From an uncultured Candidatus Saccharibacteria bacterium (GTDB taxonomy: Bacteria > Patescibacteriota > Saccharimonadia > Saccharimonadales > AWTP1-31), in assembly GCA_937903325.1 (NCBI GenBank), contig CALCZR010000056.1, positions 64,451-128,450 of the forward strand: a stretch of 64,000 bases of DNA, given 5' to 3'. The stretch's first letter is position 1; each line of letters begins with the position of its first letter. The notes beneath the pieces were generated by a model, which saw only the letters and a program-made list of their open reading frames with translations, did not search any database and had not been told where the DNA came from. Positions 28,472-37,564 of this stretch are shown here, piece by piece. Both the position numbers and the translations under genes were made by a program.

Positions 28472-29089
28472 TTAGCTATTGCTTCCCCGCTGGGCATAGG
28501 CTCTGAGACGCATGAACACCTTGCTAGCTCTATCTCTACCTGCATGTGGCTGCCGTTCAGTTGGTGATTTCTTGTTGTTCAAGAATATCCCTTCACCTGT
28601 GACGTACCTGATAGTTGAAGATTCTAGTGCTTGCGGTTGGTTTGCACCTGGAAATCTTTCAGTCCACACCCATCTATCCGCTACTTCCAGCTCAATAGGG
28701 AGTGTCCCCAGATTAACAAGCAGTCGATAATCATTGCCATCAATGTGCCAAACCCCAAAACCTGGCGTACCCACAAAGTAATCGCCACTAAAGGCCAGCG
28801 ACAGTACGTCCTCACCTTGTTCAGCTAGGAGCTCTTTAAACGTCGATTCAGCTGCTCTCCCGAGACCGATTTCATCTAGCAGATCAAACCGCCCCAGAGA
28901 TTCGCCCAATAGCCCGCGACATATTTGTGGTGAGTAGCTCCGTGAGGTGCCTATCGGCTCACCTTCTCGGCGCATGACCTGAGCATGGTGACCTAAAATA
29001 GCTTGACCGAATGCCTGGGCTATCAAGGGGTTGAGTATTTGTCCAGCATGGGTAATGTCGCCCCGAGAATGCATGACTTCCATGAACAT
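28472..29089 (-). CDS. hypothetical protein, possible 2OG-Fe(II) dioxygenase-like (DSBH)
   Basis: 205 aa with WHIDGNDYRLLVNLG (an HxDG..D(Y/F) pattern) and a distal QPHAGRDR. Start codon uncertain. Confidence 0.5.
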   Translation of the reverse strand: MFMEVMHSRGDITHAGQILNPLIAQAFGQAILGHHAQVMRREGEPIGTSRSYSPQICRGLLGESLGRFDLLDEIGLGRAAESTFKELLAEQGEDVLSLAFSGDYFVGTPGFGVWHIDGNDYRLLVNLGTLPIELEVADRWVWTERFPGANQPQALESSTIRYVTGEGIFLNNKKSPTERQPHAGRDRASKVFMRLRAYAQRGSNS

Positions 29090-29141
29090 ATTAAATCACA
29101 AAACTAACAAATAAGCTAGATTCTCACGCATCGCTAAGGAA

Positions 29142-29705
29142 TTATTTATAGAGGTGAGCGTACTTCTTATTCCTCTTGTTGAGCAACTTGACGAGGCCTT
29201 CTAACACTTCTTCTGCTGTATCGCCAAATATGACATCTTCATCTGCTCGCATACCAGCAGCATGCATAATGTCCACAATCTCAGTGCTAATGCCCCCTGC
29301 CCCTTGGATAAAGCCAATAGGCTTATCTGTCTCCAGTGCTATGGTGAATTCGTGCAGTGTACCAATACGCCCCCCAATGCTAATCACGGCGTCGGAAGAG
29401 GTGATTAGCAGTGCGTCTCGGCCAACATAGTTCAGGCCGGTATATAGAATTACGTCATATGCTTCAGTTGGTAGGCGGTACTTGAGGACGTGTTCTACTT
29501 TACTGGATGCAGGGCTGATACCCAGACTCATTTGTCCATTGTGTTTCTTGTAACTCTCGGCCGCTACGTTAGGCAGTCCGACTGTTGCTCCGGTCATAAG
29601 AGCATGCCCAGCATCTGCAATAGCCTTACCCGCTGCTTCCGCCAACTCATGGCCGTCACTGACGCTTTTACCTTTAGCGGCAGCCGACACACATATTTGG
29701 TACAT
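29142..29705 (-). CDS. LOG/SLOG-superfamily Rossmann protein (TIGR00725-like)
   Basis: 187 aa with VISIGGRIGTLHEF (close to the LOG PGGxGTxxE motif) and an N-terminal ICVSAAAKG...GHALMTGAT pattern. The ATG shares 1 nt with the upstream stop (TAATG). Confidence 0.7.
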   Translation of the reverse strand: MYQICVSAAAKGKSVSDGHELAEAAGKAIADAGHALMTGATVGLPNVAAESYKKHNGQMSLGISPASSKVEHVLKYRLPTEAYDVILYTGLNYVGRDALLITSSDAVISIGGRIGTLHEFTIALETDKPIGFIQGAGGISTEIVDIMHAAGMRADEDVIFGDTAEEVLEGLVKLLNKRNKKYAHLYK

Positions 29706-30946
29706 TAGACGCTCTCCATTAAATCTGGTGCAAGAATCTCGTCGTTTAACTGTGCTAGTATTTGGCTCTCGAAGTTTTCTTGCCCGATATACTCAGCATA
29801 TATCTCGTTCCACAGGCTCGAACGGAAGTGCCCGACTGACTGTTGGCCATATTCCAGGCCGTTACAATAACTGACGGCGTTATCCATGAGGCTAAGCGGC
29901 ACGATACTGTCTGGATACAGTGCAGCAATGTAATCCAGGTCTTCCCAGAATTTCAGAGCGGGTTCAAGCCAGTAAATAACAGACTCAGCCTTACGCCAGT
30001 GTAGATCCTCGGGCTGGACGTGCGGCTCAAAGAGTTCAGGATGAGTTTTTGGATTCTGGTTCCCAAAGTGGCGCTGCACGATTCGCCAGTGTATATTCTG
30101 CTTACCAATCTTTGCTGCCTTGTGTGGATCATTTAAGATGGTGTCCACGAGTACCGTTCCAAAATCAGGACGTACCTGCTGCATCTTAAAGAACGCAGAG
30201 TAGGAGCGGATTTCGTTTAGGTAATGTAGTACAAACGGCAGAATGGTAATAGTAGCTCCCGGCATGCGGTCTATGGGGAGCGGCAGAATTAAGATGACGC
30301 CCATTTCTTTCAGGTGTGTAATGTTATGTTTCTGCTGTAGGATAAAGGGTTCGGCAGAATCACCGAAGCGCTTCTTATCTAAAACTATGAGTTCTATTGG
30401 GCGAATCTCGAAGTCACTGGGCCCAAGCTTATGGTATGACTTTACAAACTTGTTCTGCCAGGTCTTAGCCTCGAGGAATCTGGTGGCAGCCAGGATTTCG
30501 CTGACGTTCTCACGCTTCAAAAGTGAGTCAATCGACTTGTAGCCAAGTTGCTTCATGACTTTCTTGGGCGGCTGAGCCTTTAATAGCTTCTTGGCGACAC
30601 TATGCTTAATAACCCATGCCTTGTTCGGGAGCGGCAGGTTGTCCACCGTTTGTTTAATATGCAGCAGTTGTTCGTGCAGTGACGCGCTTGGGTCGGTGCC
30701 AATGGCGGTCGCTAGGTATTGGTCATGTAACTTCACTAATGCCTGCAGCGCGTGATATAACTCTTTGCCGGTTGTGTCGTCAGGATCCAGTGCGAGCTCC
30801 CTCACCTTCTGGTGTACTCGAGCTGTGATAGTAGCTACCAGGCGTACATCAACAGATGGGTTTCCACTTTTATCTTCCAACTCAGCAATAGCCTGCGAAA
30901 ACAGCGGCTCCTTGGCATTTAGTAATTGTGATAACACTCCCGACAT
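29705..30946 (-). CDS. hypothetical protein (413 aa), translationally coupled to LOG-like gene
   Basis: Long ORF with no motif I recognise. Mixed helical N-terminus, with Trp/His-rich C-terminal half. Confidence 0.65.
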   Translation of the reverse strand: MSGVLSQLLNAKEPLFSQAIAELEDKSGNPSVDVRLVATITARVHQKVRELALDPDDTTGKELYHALQALVKLHDQYLATAIGTDPSASLHEQLLHIKQTVDNLPLPNKAWVIKHSVAKKLLKAQPPKKVMKQLGYKSIDSLLKRENVSEILAATRFLEAKTWQNKFVKSYHKLGPSDFEIRPIELIVLDKKRFGDSAEPFILQQKHNITHLKEMGVILILPLPIDRMPGATITILPFVLHYLNEIRSYSAFFKMQQVRPDFGTVLVDTILNDPHKAAKIGKQNIHWRIVQRHFGNQNPKTHPELFEPHVQPEDLHWRKAESVIYWLEPALKFWEDLDYIAALYPDSIVPLSLMDNAVSYCNGLEYGQQSVGHFRSSLWNEIYAEYIGQENFESQILAQLNDEILAPDLMESV

Positions 30947-30989
30947 ATTTTGCGCACTCTACCTTACTGACAGTTAATTTACAGAAAAA

Positions 30990-31991
30990 CTATTTGAGCG
31001 GTGTCGCTCGGTACCATTTTGGTGAGTTCTGGAGCAGCTTGCTCAGCTGTCCTTCGGTAAGCAGACCTTTTTGTGCCCCCACGTGTTGCACTACGCTCAT
31101 AGAGTTAATGGGTCCCCACTGCAAGGCACCTTCTATGTCTGCACCGTGAATAAGGGCAGCCACAAAGGTAGAGGTGAAGGCATCTCCAGCACCGGTTCGT
31201 TCGAACGGTGGAGATGGATCGGGGTAAATAGGCATCTTGAGTCGTTGTGTGCCGTCGGAAGCGTAGGCTCCGTCTGGTCCATCACTGATTACGACAATCT
31301 TTGGACCAAGTGCGTGTAATCGGTCGAACAGGTCGTTAAGATCTTTGTGGTCACCGCCGGTTATAAGGACTGCTTCCTCGCGGTTCACGGCAAGTACATC
31401 GGATTGCTTATATAGCGAGGCTAATCGCTTAGCGCCCATTTCGATCTGGAATGTGCCAGGTTGGAAAGCAAGTTTGACGTCTGCATGTCGCTCCAGCCAT
31501 TCGGCTAGCTCGTCATGGAACTTCTCGGTGCCTTCACCAATAGAACTGAAATAGATCCACTTTGGCATTTCGTCCGGACGGAGATGTGGCCAGTGGTAAG
31601 TATATTCTTCGTCATGCACTAAGATGGTGCGTTCTTCTTTATACCAGAGTACGTAGTGGTGGTTGCTAGCTTTACCAGGGTTGACCTTCATGAGTCGGGT
31701 ATCAACCTTGTTCTTCTCCAGGTACATGAGCATATCTCGACCAGCCTGGTCGTTACCAACATTGGCATGGAGGGCGCTCTTAAGGCCAAGACGAGCAAAG
31801 CTAACGCTGGCGTTTGCGGCGTTACCTACAGACTGAATATCCTCAGCATGCTCAAACGGAATCTTTACACCAAAGGGTATAGTAATCGTCTTGTTACCTT
31901 GGTCATCTTTTGTGACTTTACCTTGGTCATCTTCAAGTCGAATAAAGGTATCCGTTACGATGCCTCCTACAGATAACACGTCTATGCTCAT
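30990..31991 (-). CDS. PfkB-family sugar/nucleoside kinase
   Basis: 333 aa with the C-terminal signature TGAGDAFTSTFVAAL, an N-terminal GG dipeptide region, and an AGAGGGTGG SD. Confidence 0.8.
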   Translation of the reverse strand: MSIDVLSVGGIVTDTFIRLEDDQGKVTKDDQGNKTITIPFGVKIPFEHAEDIQSVGNAANASVSFARLGLKSALHANVGNDQAGRDMLMYLEKNKVDTRLMKVNPGKASNHHYVLWYKEERTILVHDEEYTYHWPHLRPDEMPKWIYFSSIGEGTEKFHDELAEWLERHADVKLAFQPGTFQIEMGAKRLASLYKQSDVLAVNREEAVLITGGDHKDLNDLFDRLHALGPKIVVISDGPDGAYASDGTQRLKMPIYPDPSPPFERTGAGDAFTSTFVAALIHGADIEGALQWGPINSMSVVQHVGAQKGLLTEGQLSKLLQNSPKWYRATPLK

Positions 31992-32073
31992 ACCACCCTC
32001 TAGTTACGTTTTGCTTATGCTTATTGTACGGTATCTGACCAGTACTTAAAAGAGTAAAGTTAGCCGTTCGGTC

Positions 32074-32985
32074 CTATAGCTGCGCCTTACCAGAAGCGTT
32101 AAAGGACTTAATCTTGCTCTCAACGACTTTCTGGACTTCTTCTATCACAGCATCCATGAGTTTAATGACAGCAAACTCAGTTTTGTTTTCTTTAAGCTGT
32201 TCTTCTAGTGTTGTGCGGTAGGCGACGCGCATATCGGAGTTAATATTAATCTTCGTAACCCCAATCTCTACGGCATCTTCAAAATAATGGAGTGGTGTAC
32301 CACTGCCGCCATGCAGACTAATATTGCATGGAACCGCTGCCCGAATTTCCTTAAGAAGATCAAGGTCCAGTCGTTTTGGCACCGGATATGATCCGTGCAG
32401 GTTGCCGACTGCTGCTGCAAAGGTATCTATGCCAGTTGCCTCTACAAAAGCCTTGGCTCCTTCTGGGGTACTAAAGGTCTTCTGGATCTCCTTGTAGTCA
32501 AAAGCCTTGGTAAAACGATTAGAGCCACCACCGAAGTAGTGTGGTTCACTCTCGACCAGTGCACCAGTTCTCTTGGCGTACTCGACGATTTCCTTCGTCT
32601 TGGCGATAATCTGCTCTTCAGTCGCGTTATGGTCTGCCTGAGAAATATCTATATGTATAAACTCAAATCCGGCGTCAATGCCAGCCTTAGCTGCTTCAAC
32701 CGATGGGGAGTGATCCAGGTTAACATAGATTTCTACGCCATATTCAGCTTTGTAGTTATCTACCATGTCACGGACATTTTCGAGCCCAAGTAGTTCAACT
32801 TCACCGTGACTAACTTCGACGAGTACCGGTGCTTGGGTGGCGACTGCTGCACGTACAACGGCGATGAGGGTTTCTTGGTTGTCGAGATTGAAGGCCCCGA
32901 GAGCATAGTGCCCATCTCGCGCACGCTGTATGCTCGCTCGCGCTGCCTTACAATTGGCTTTTGCTTGATCTAATGTAATTGGCAC
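32074..32985 (-). CDS. fba: class II fructose-bisphosphate aldolase
   Basis: ALGAFNLDN, NLDHS and HGGSGTP motifs. GTG start behind a GGGGAGGG SD. Confidence 0.9.
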   Translation of the reverse strand: MPITLDQAKANCKAARASIQRARDGHYALGAFNLDNQETLIAVVRAAVATQAPVLVEVSHGEVELLGLENVRDMVDNYKAEYGVEIYVNLDHSPSVEAAKAGIDAGFEFIHIDISQADHNATEEQIIAKTKEIVEYAKRTGALVESEPHYFGGGSNRFTKAFDYKEIQKTFSTPEGAKAFVEATGIDTFAAAVGNLHGSYPVPKRLDLDLLKEIRAAVPCNISLHGGSGTPLHYFEDAVEIGVTKININSDMRVAYRTTLEEQLKENKTEFAVIKLMDAVIEEVQKVVESKIKSFNASGKAQL

Positions 32986-33059
32986 GATTCCCTCCCCTAT
33001 TGTTCTTTCGCTTATCCTTAGAATAGCATATAATTATCCTCAAGGTTTTACTAATACAG

Positions 33060-33686
33060 ATGGATCCACACCACCAATCCAAAGCACGACTCATAGCCGC
33101 CTGGACGATGCCTACGGCAGTACAGGCTGTTGTCTATGTCATGGTTGTTGCGCTGACGGTCTTCCTGTCTAGTCAGGATTTTATCGACAAGATCCTGTTC
33201 GCTACTGGCGATTTCAACCCCATTCGCAGCGGTATTGGCTCAGTAGACTTTCTGCTTACTCGTCTTATTGGCGAGAAGCTCTCTGGCTCATTATCCCTTG
33301 CTGTGTTCTGGGGTGCGGTAGGGCTTATCGTCAACCTCCTATGGTGGCTTGGCTCGAACTTCTCATCTGAACTCAATAACAACTTGGTATATAGCAAATA
33401 TGTACATCCGAAGGACGTGAATGCTCAGGCACAACTCCAGGACTTTATTAAACGAACTGCTATTCGTACAAGCGTTGCTGTTATTGGTTTGATATACGGC
33501 AACTACGTTATTAGCTCCGGACTACCAGGTATCGCAGAGCGCTTCAGTGACATTACGGGTAATTGGGATATCGAAGCAAATTGGGCCTCGCTTGCCCTTA
33601 CTATTGCCTTAGAACTCCTGATGCTCCACATGGTTGTGGTGCTTACTCGAGTAGTACTACTCCGCAAAAAAGTTATAAACGACTAA
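33060..33686 (+). CDS. integral membrane protein, unknown function
   Basis: 208 aa with about four hydrophobic helices. Confidence 0.55.
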   Translation: MDPHHQSKARLIAAWTMPTAVQAVVYVMVVALTVFLSSQDFIDKILFATGDFNPIRSGIGSVDFLLTRLIGEKLSGSLSLAVFWGAVGLIVNLLWWLGSNFSSELNNNLVYSKYVHPKDVNAQAQLQDFIKRTAIRTSVAVIGLIYGNYVISSGLPGIAERFSDITGNWDIEANWASLALTIALELLMLHMVVVLTRVVLLRKKVIND

Positions 33687-33733
33687 ATACTATAAAATCT
33701 ACCTGAAATGAACTAACGGTAACGTTATGGCTA

Positions 33734-34711
33734 TTAATTCAGCAAGGCGTGCACATTGAGTGCAATGTGCTTAGCAGTCAGTCCGAAGTGCTCGAGTAGT
33801 TCCTCTGGCTTACCTGATTCACCAAACTGATCACGCATACCCATACGCTTCATATGTGTTGGTTCCTGTTCGCCGAGTAGCTCTGCAACAGCTCCACCCA
33901 GGCCCCCAGCAATCTGTGCTTCTTCGACAGTAAGTACATGCTTAGTCTTCTTAGCACTGTGCAAAATGGTAACGTTATCCAACGGCTTAATGGTTGGCAC
34001 GTGGATTACTTCTGCGTTAATCCCATCCTTGGCTAGCTTGTCTGCCGCTACGAGAGCTTGGTAGGTCATGGTGCCGGTAGCAATGATACTGACGTCAGTT
34101 CCTTCACGGTAGACATATGCTTTACCGAGGACAAACGGAGTCTTGTTGGTCGTGATAACAGGCGTAGCTTCTCGAGCTAGTCGTAGATATCCAGGACGCG
34201 AGTCTACGGCCATGGCCAGTGTTGCCCGCTCTGCTTCGAGGCTATCTCCAGGAACGACTACTACCATGTTAGGCAGCACTCGCATGAGGGCAATATCTTC
34301 CAGCATCTGGTGAGTAGCACCGTCTGGCCCAACTGACACACCGGCGTGTGAACCAACAATCTTTACCGGTTGGTCATTGAGACATACGGTAGTTCTAATC
34401 TGCTCCCAGTTTCGTCCGGGACTAAAGGCGGCGTATGAACTGACGAACGGGATCTTGCCCATGGCAGCCAGGCCAGACCCAACGGTGACGAGGTTTTGCT
34501 CAGCAACCCCAATTTCTATAAACCGTTCAGGAAATGCTTCCTTAAAGAGGCTCATTTGTGTTGAATCAGTCAGGTCGGCACAGGCGGCAACAACATACTT
34601 ATCCAGTTCTCCGGCCTTCTTGAGGCCACGGCCAAAGCCCTTACGAATAGGCTCGGAATCTAATTTACTATCTTGCCATTTGGTAGTCGCCAGGTTAAGG
34701 TCACTACTCAT
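33734..34711 (-). CDS. transketolase, C-terminal (pyrimidine-binding) subunit
   Basis: RFIEIGVAEQNLVTVGSGLA. The ATG at 34711 overlaps the upstream subunit's stop by 8 nt; the track start at 34822 is an extension. Confidence 0.9.
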   Translation of the reverse strand: MSSDLNLATTKWQDSKLDSEPIRKGFGRGLKKAGELDKYVVAACADLTDSTQMSLFKEAFPERFIEIGVAEQNLVTVGSGLAAMGKIPFVSSYAAFSPGRNWEQIRTTVCLNDQPVKIVGSHAGVSVGPDGATHQMLEDIALMRVLPNMVVVVPGDSLEAERATLAMAVDSRPGYLRLAREATPVITTNKTPFVLGKAYVYREGTDVSIIATGTMTYQALVAADKLAKDGINAEVIHVPTIKPLDNVTILHSAKKTKHVLTVEEAQIAGGLGGAVAELLGEQEPTHMKRMGMRDQFGESGKPEELLEHFGLTAKHIALNVHALLN

Positions 34712-35558
34712 GTTCACCTCGAATCTTGCCCTTAAGGGTTCGGAGGTCATGCAATGCTTCTTTAGCTTGCTCATGGTTTGGCGGTGCACCATGCCAATGG
34801 AAGTCATACTCCATAAAGTCAACGCCTTTACCAGGTATGGTGTGGGCTATGATCATAACTGGCTTCTCGACGACTGCTCGAGCCATAGCGCAAGCGTCAA
34901 TAATGGCTTCCATGTTGTTGCCATCTATTTCAATAACGTGCCAGCCAAAGCTTTCCCATTTACCGCGGAGATCTTCAAGAGGCATGACACTCTCTGTGGG
35001 TCCATCGATCTGTATGTTGTTGCGGTCAATGATACCAATGATATTGTTTAGCTTGTACTTGCCAGCCAACATGGCTGCTTCCCAGATGTTACCTTCGTCC
35101 AGCTCGCCGTCACCCATTACTACATAAACCCAGCGGTGGTGTTCGTCATCCATGCGCATAGCTAGCGCCATGCCAGCAGCTTGGCTTAGTCCACACCCAA
35201 GAGGACCACTGGTATTTTCCATACCCGGTAGCTTGGTACGTTCGGGATGACCTTGCAGCCTGGAGCCGAGCTGACGGAGTGTGAATAGTTCTTTACGGTC
35301 AAAGTACCCAGCATGGGCCATGGTGGCATACCGGACGGGCACACAGTGCCCATTACTAAGTAGCAATATGTCACGCTCTTTCCAGTCGGGTTTTTTAGGA
35401 TCGTGCTTGAGGACGTCAAAGTACAGCGCGGTGAAGATATCTGCTAATCCTAACGGGCCAGCGCTGTGACCGCTGCCAGCGTGCTCCAGCATCCGGATAA
35501 TATCTTCCCGAATATCTATTGCTTTCTTTTCTAAATCTTCCAGTGACAGAGTGGCCAT
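34704..35558 (-). CDS. transketolase, N-terminal (TPP-binding) subunit
   Basis: HSAGPLGLADIF, GDGELDEGNIWEA. Confidence 0.9.
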   Translation of the reverse strand: MATLSLEDLEKKAIDIREDIIRMLEHAGSGHSAGPLGLADIFTALYFDVLKHDPKKPDWKERDILLLSNGHCVPVRYATMAHAGYFDRKELFTLRQLGSRLQGHPERTKLPGMENTSGPLGCGLSQAAGMALAMRMDDEHHRWVYVVMGDGELDEGNIWEAAMLAGKYKLNNIIGIIDRNNIQIDGPTESVMPLEDLRGKWESFGWHVIEIDGNNMEAIIDACAMARAVVEKPVMIIAHTIPGKGVDFMEYDFHWHGAPPNHEQAKEALHDLRTLKGKIRGEHE

Positions 35559-35559
35559 A

Positions 35560-36192
35560 TTACTTCCCGCTTATGCTACTTAGTTTAGCATAGGCCACTT
35601 CAGGATCTTTAGCTCGCTGTATGGCTCCACCGACGTTTAGAACGTCGATCCCCCCGGCAACTAACTGGGCTGCGTTGGAGGTATTAATACCGCCGTCCCA
35701 TCCAATCTCAACATCTGCCTTGAGCTTACGAATCTCGTCTACTTTCTTGAGGAGATCTAGATTGACCGTGCCACCAAAGTGTCCAAGGTCCCCGCTAAAG
35801 ATAAGCACATGATCAATATCCTTAATAGCCGGCTTAATCTTCTCGACAGGTGTATTCGCTAATAGCGCAACACCAACCTTAATCTTGTGCTTCTTGAGTT
35901 CACGAGCAACATCATAGAAATTTCCTGTTGCTTCGGCCTGTACGATGACCATCGACGGCTTGTGTTCGGCAAGCTGTGCCAAGAATGGCCGGACAGCCTC
36001 ATACATTAAGTGTATGTCTACCTGCACGCCCACTGGCCACCAGATACGCTCTAACTCAATAAGTTTATTCGGGGTAAACACCCCGTCAGCAAGGTCTATG
36101 TGTATACGCATAGCAAAGGGAGCAATACGCTCCATCTGTTCCCGGTATTCATGGGGTTCAGCAGCTGTAACGGTAGGACAGATAATGGCCAT
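35560..36192 (-). CDS. rpe: ribulose-phosphate 3-epimerase-like protein
   Basis: 210 aa TIM-barrel pattern (RIHIDLADGVF, GWDGGIN). Divergent from classical Rpe. Confidence 0.75.
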   Translation of the reverse strand: MAIICPTVTAAEPHEYREQMERIAPFAMRIHIDLADGVFTPNKLIELERIWWPVGVQVDIHLMYEAVRPFLAQLAEHKPSMVIVQAEATGNFYDVARELKKHKIKVGVALLANTPVEKIKPAIKDIDHVLIFSGDLGHFGGTVNLDLLKKVDEIRKLKADVEIGWDGGINTSNAAQLVAGGIDVLNVGGAIQRAKDPEVAYAKLSSISGK

Positions 36193-37109
36193 TACTTAGT
36201 GACATATTCTTTAACTGCGTCAGCGACACTGCCTTTGTCTGGGTCACCATATAGCTTGGGATCTTCTTTAATGTAGGTGGCAAAGAACGGACAGGTGCCT
36301 GCCGGGCCACTAACTTCTTTTTGCCCGACCTTCTTACCGGACTTGGCTTCGTAGATTGTGAGGCTGTATACCACATTGAATTGCTCAATCTGGAAGGCTT
36401 TGTTGTCGCTGTCCAGTAGCTCACACTTACGTCCTGTCCCCGTAGATGACTTCTTGGTGAAGCAGCCGACCAGTTGTGTCTTATTAAATTCACCCGTCTT
36501 GGACATCCAGCCTGCACCACTTAAGTACACACTAGATGTTACGAAGCTATTACTACCAAGTACACCAGCTTCAAAGAAAGATATAGGGTGTGGTGCGGTA
36601 CCGCTATAACTTGCAGCAGAGGTGATTATATTACCACTACAAACCTTAGCGTAATCGCTCTGGCTAGTTGCCGACACCTGGCTACCAGTAGTCTGCTCCC
36701 CGCTCGAGTCCTGGTTGTTCTTGCTGCCGCCAGAAAATGCTATTACGGCACCTACTACGAGGATAAGCAGCGCAATAACAATACCTATTACAAGCTTCAT
36801 ATTCTTGTTCTTTGCAGGCGGTGGTGTGCTAGACATGGATGCTAATGGATTTGGTGGAAATAACTCTGTACCAGGCTGTGGTGCCGGCATCTGATCGGCT
36901 TGCGGAATGGTCGCACCAGCCGCGCCAAACGGTTGTCCCACGGGCGATTGCCCAGGGCTAGGCTGTGTCGAGAGCGGTTGATTCGTTTGTCGTGGATACA
37001 GCGGCTGCTGAGGAGCTTGAGGAAATGGTGCCTGGGCATTTTGCGCGTTAGGATCATTGGGAAACGGAGAATGTGGTTGTTCTGGTTGTGGGTAGCTATT
37101 AGGGTCCAT
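36192..37109 (-). CDS. Pro/Gln-rich single-pass membrane protein, unknown function
   Basis: ~100-aa P/Q-rich N-terminus, TM (LVIGIVIALLILVVGAVIAF), then a ~180-aa ectodomain with 4 Cys. The stop overlaps the rpe ATG (TAATG). Confidence 0.6.
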   Translation of the reverse strand: MDPNSYPQPEQPHSPFPNDPNAQNAQAPFPQAPQQPLYPRQTNQPLSTQPSPGQSPVGQPFGAAGATIPQADQMPAPQPGTELFPPNPLASMSSTPPPAKNKNMKLVIGIVIALLILVVGAVIAFSGGSKNNQDSSGEQTTGSQVSATSQSDYAKVCSGNIITSAASYSGTAPHPISFFEAGVLGSNSFVTSSVYLSGAGWMSKTGEFNKTQLVGCFTKKSSTGTGRKCELLDSDNKAFQIEQFNVVYSLTIYEAKSGKKVGQKEVSGPAGTCPFFATYIKEDPKLYGDPDKGSVADAVKEYVTK

Positions 37110-37117
37110 GTGCTCTC

Positions 37118-37564
37118 CTAGTTCTGTTCGTCCATCTCTTTAATACGGCGAGTGTAGCGTTCGTTAGCTTCGAACGGAGTGTTTAGAAAGGCTTCTACAA
37201 TAACATTAACTTCCTCGCCTTGGACTACATTGGCGGGTAGTGCTAATACATTACAGTCATCGTCAGTGCGGGCAGCCCGCACTGACTCGACGTTATACCC
37301 AAGGCAGGCACGAACTCCCTTATGTCGGTTAGCCGCGATCATGATGCCTTGGCCACTGCCGCAGATAAGAATACCGCGGGCAGTCTCGTCGTTACTGGAC
37401 TGCATGTCACGTACTACTCTTGCAGCAAACACCGGATAGTCATCCGCTGGGTCAAGTTTCTCATTACCATCGTCATGGACGGTGTAGCCGGATTGCTGGA
37501 GGTAACTGATAAGCTTAGTGCGTAGTTCAAAGCCGTTGTGGTCAGCCCCAATGTAGATGTTCAT
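37118..37564 (-). CDS. rpiB: ribose-5-phosphate isomerase B
   Basis: MNIYIGADHNGFELR, ILICGSGQGIMIAANR. Confidence 0.9.
   Translation of the reverse strand: MNIYIGADHNGFELRTKLISYLQQSGYTVHDDGNEKLDPADDYPVFAARVVRDMQSSNDETARGILICGSGQGIMIAANRHKGVRACLGYNVESVRAARTDDDCNVLALPANVVQGEEVNVIVEAFLNTPFEANERYTRRIKEMDEQN

Noticed and set aside
33734-34822. ORF-track start of the transketolase C-terminal subunit at 34822
   Set aside because: The first 37 codons overlap the N-terminal subunit gene. The conserved protein begins at MSSDLNLATTKW (ATG at 34711), which overlaps the upstream stop as in other split tkt operons.
34377-35051. 224-aa plus-strand ORF spanning the tktN/tktC junction
   Set aside because: The longest antisense ORF in the window. 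It overlaps two conserved transketolase subunits, and its product has no domain-like features. Judged a chance open frame.
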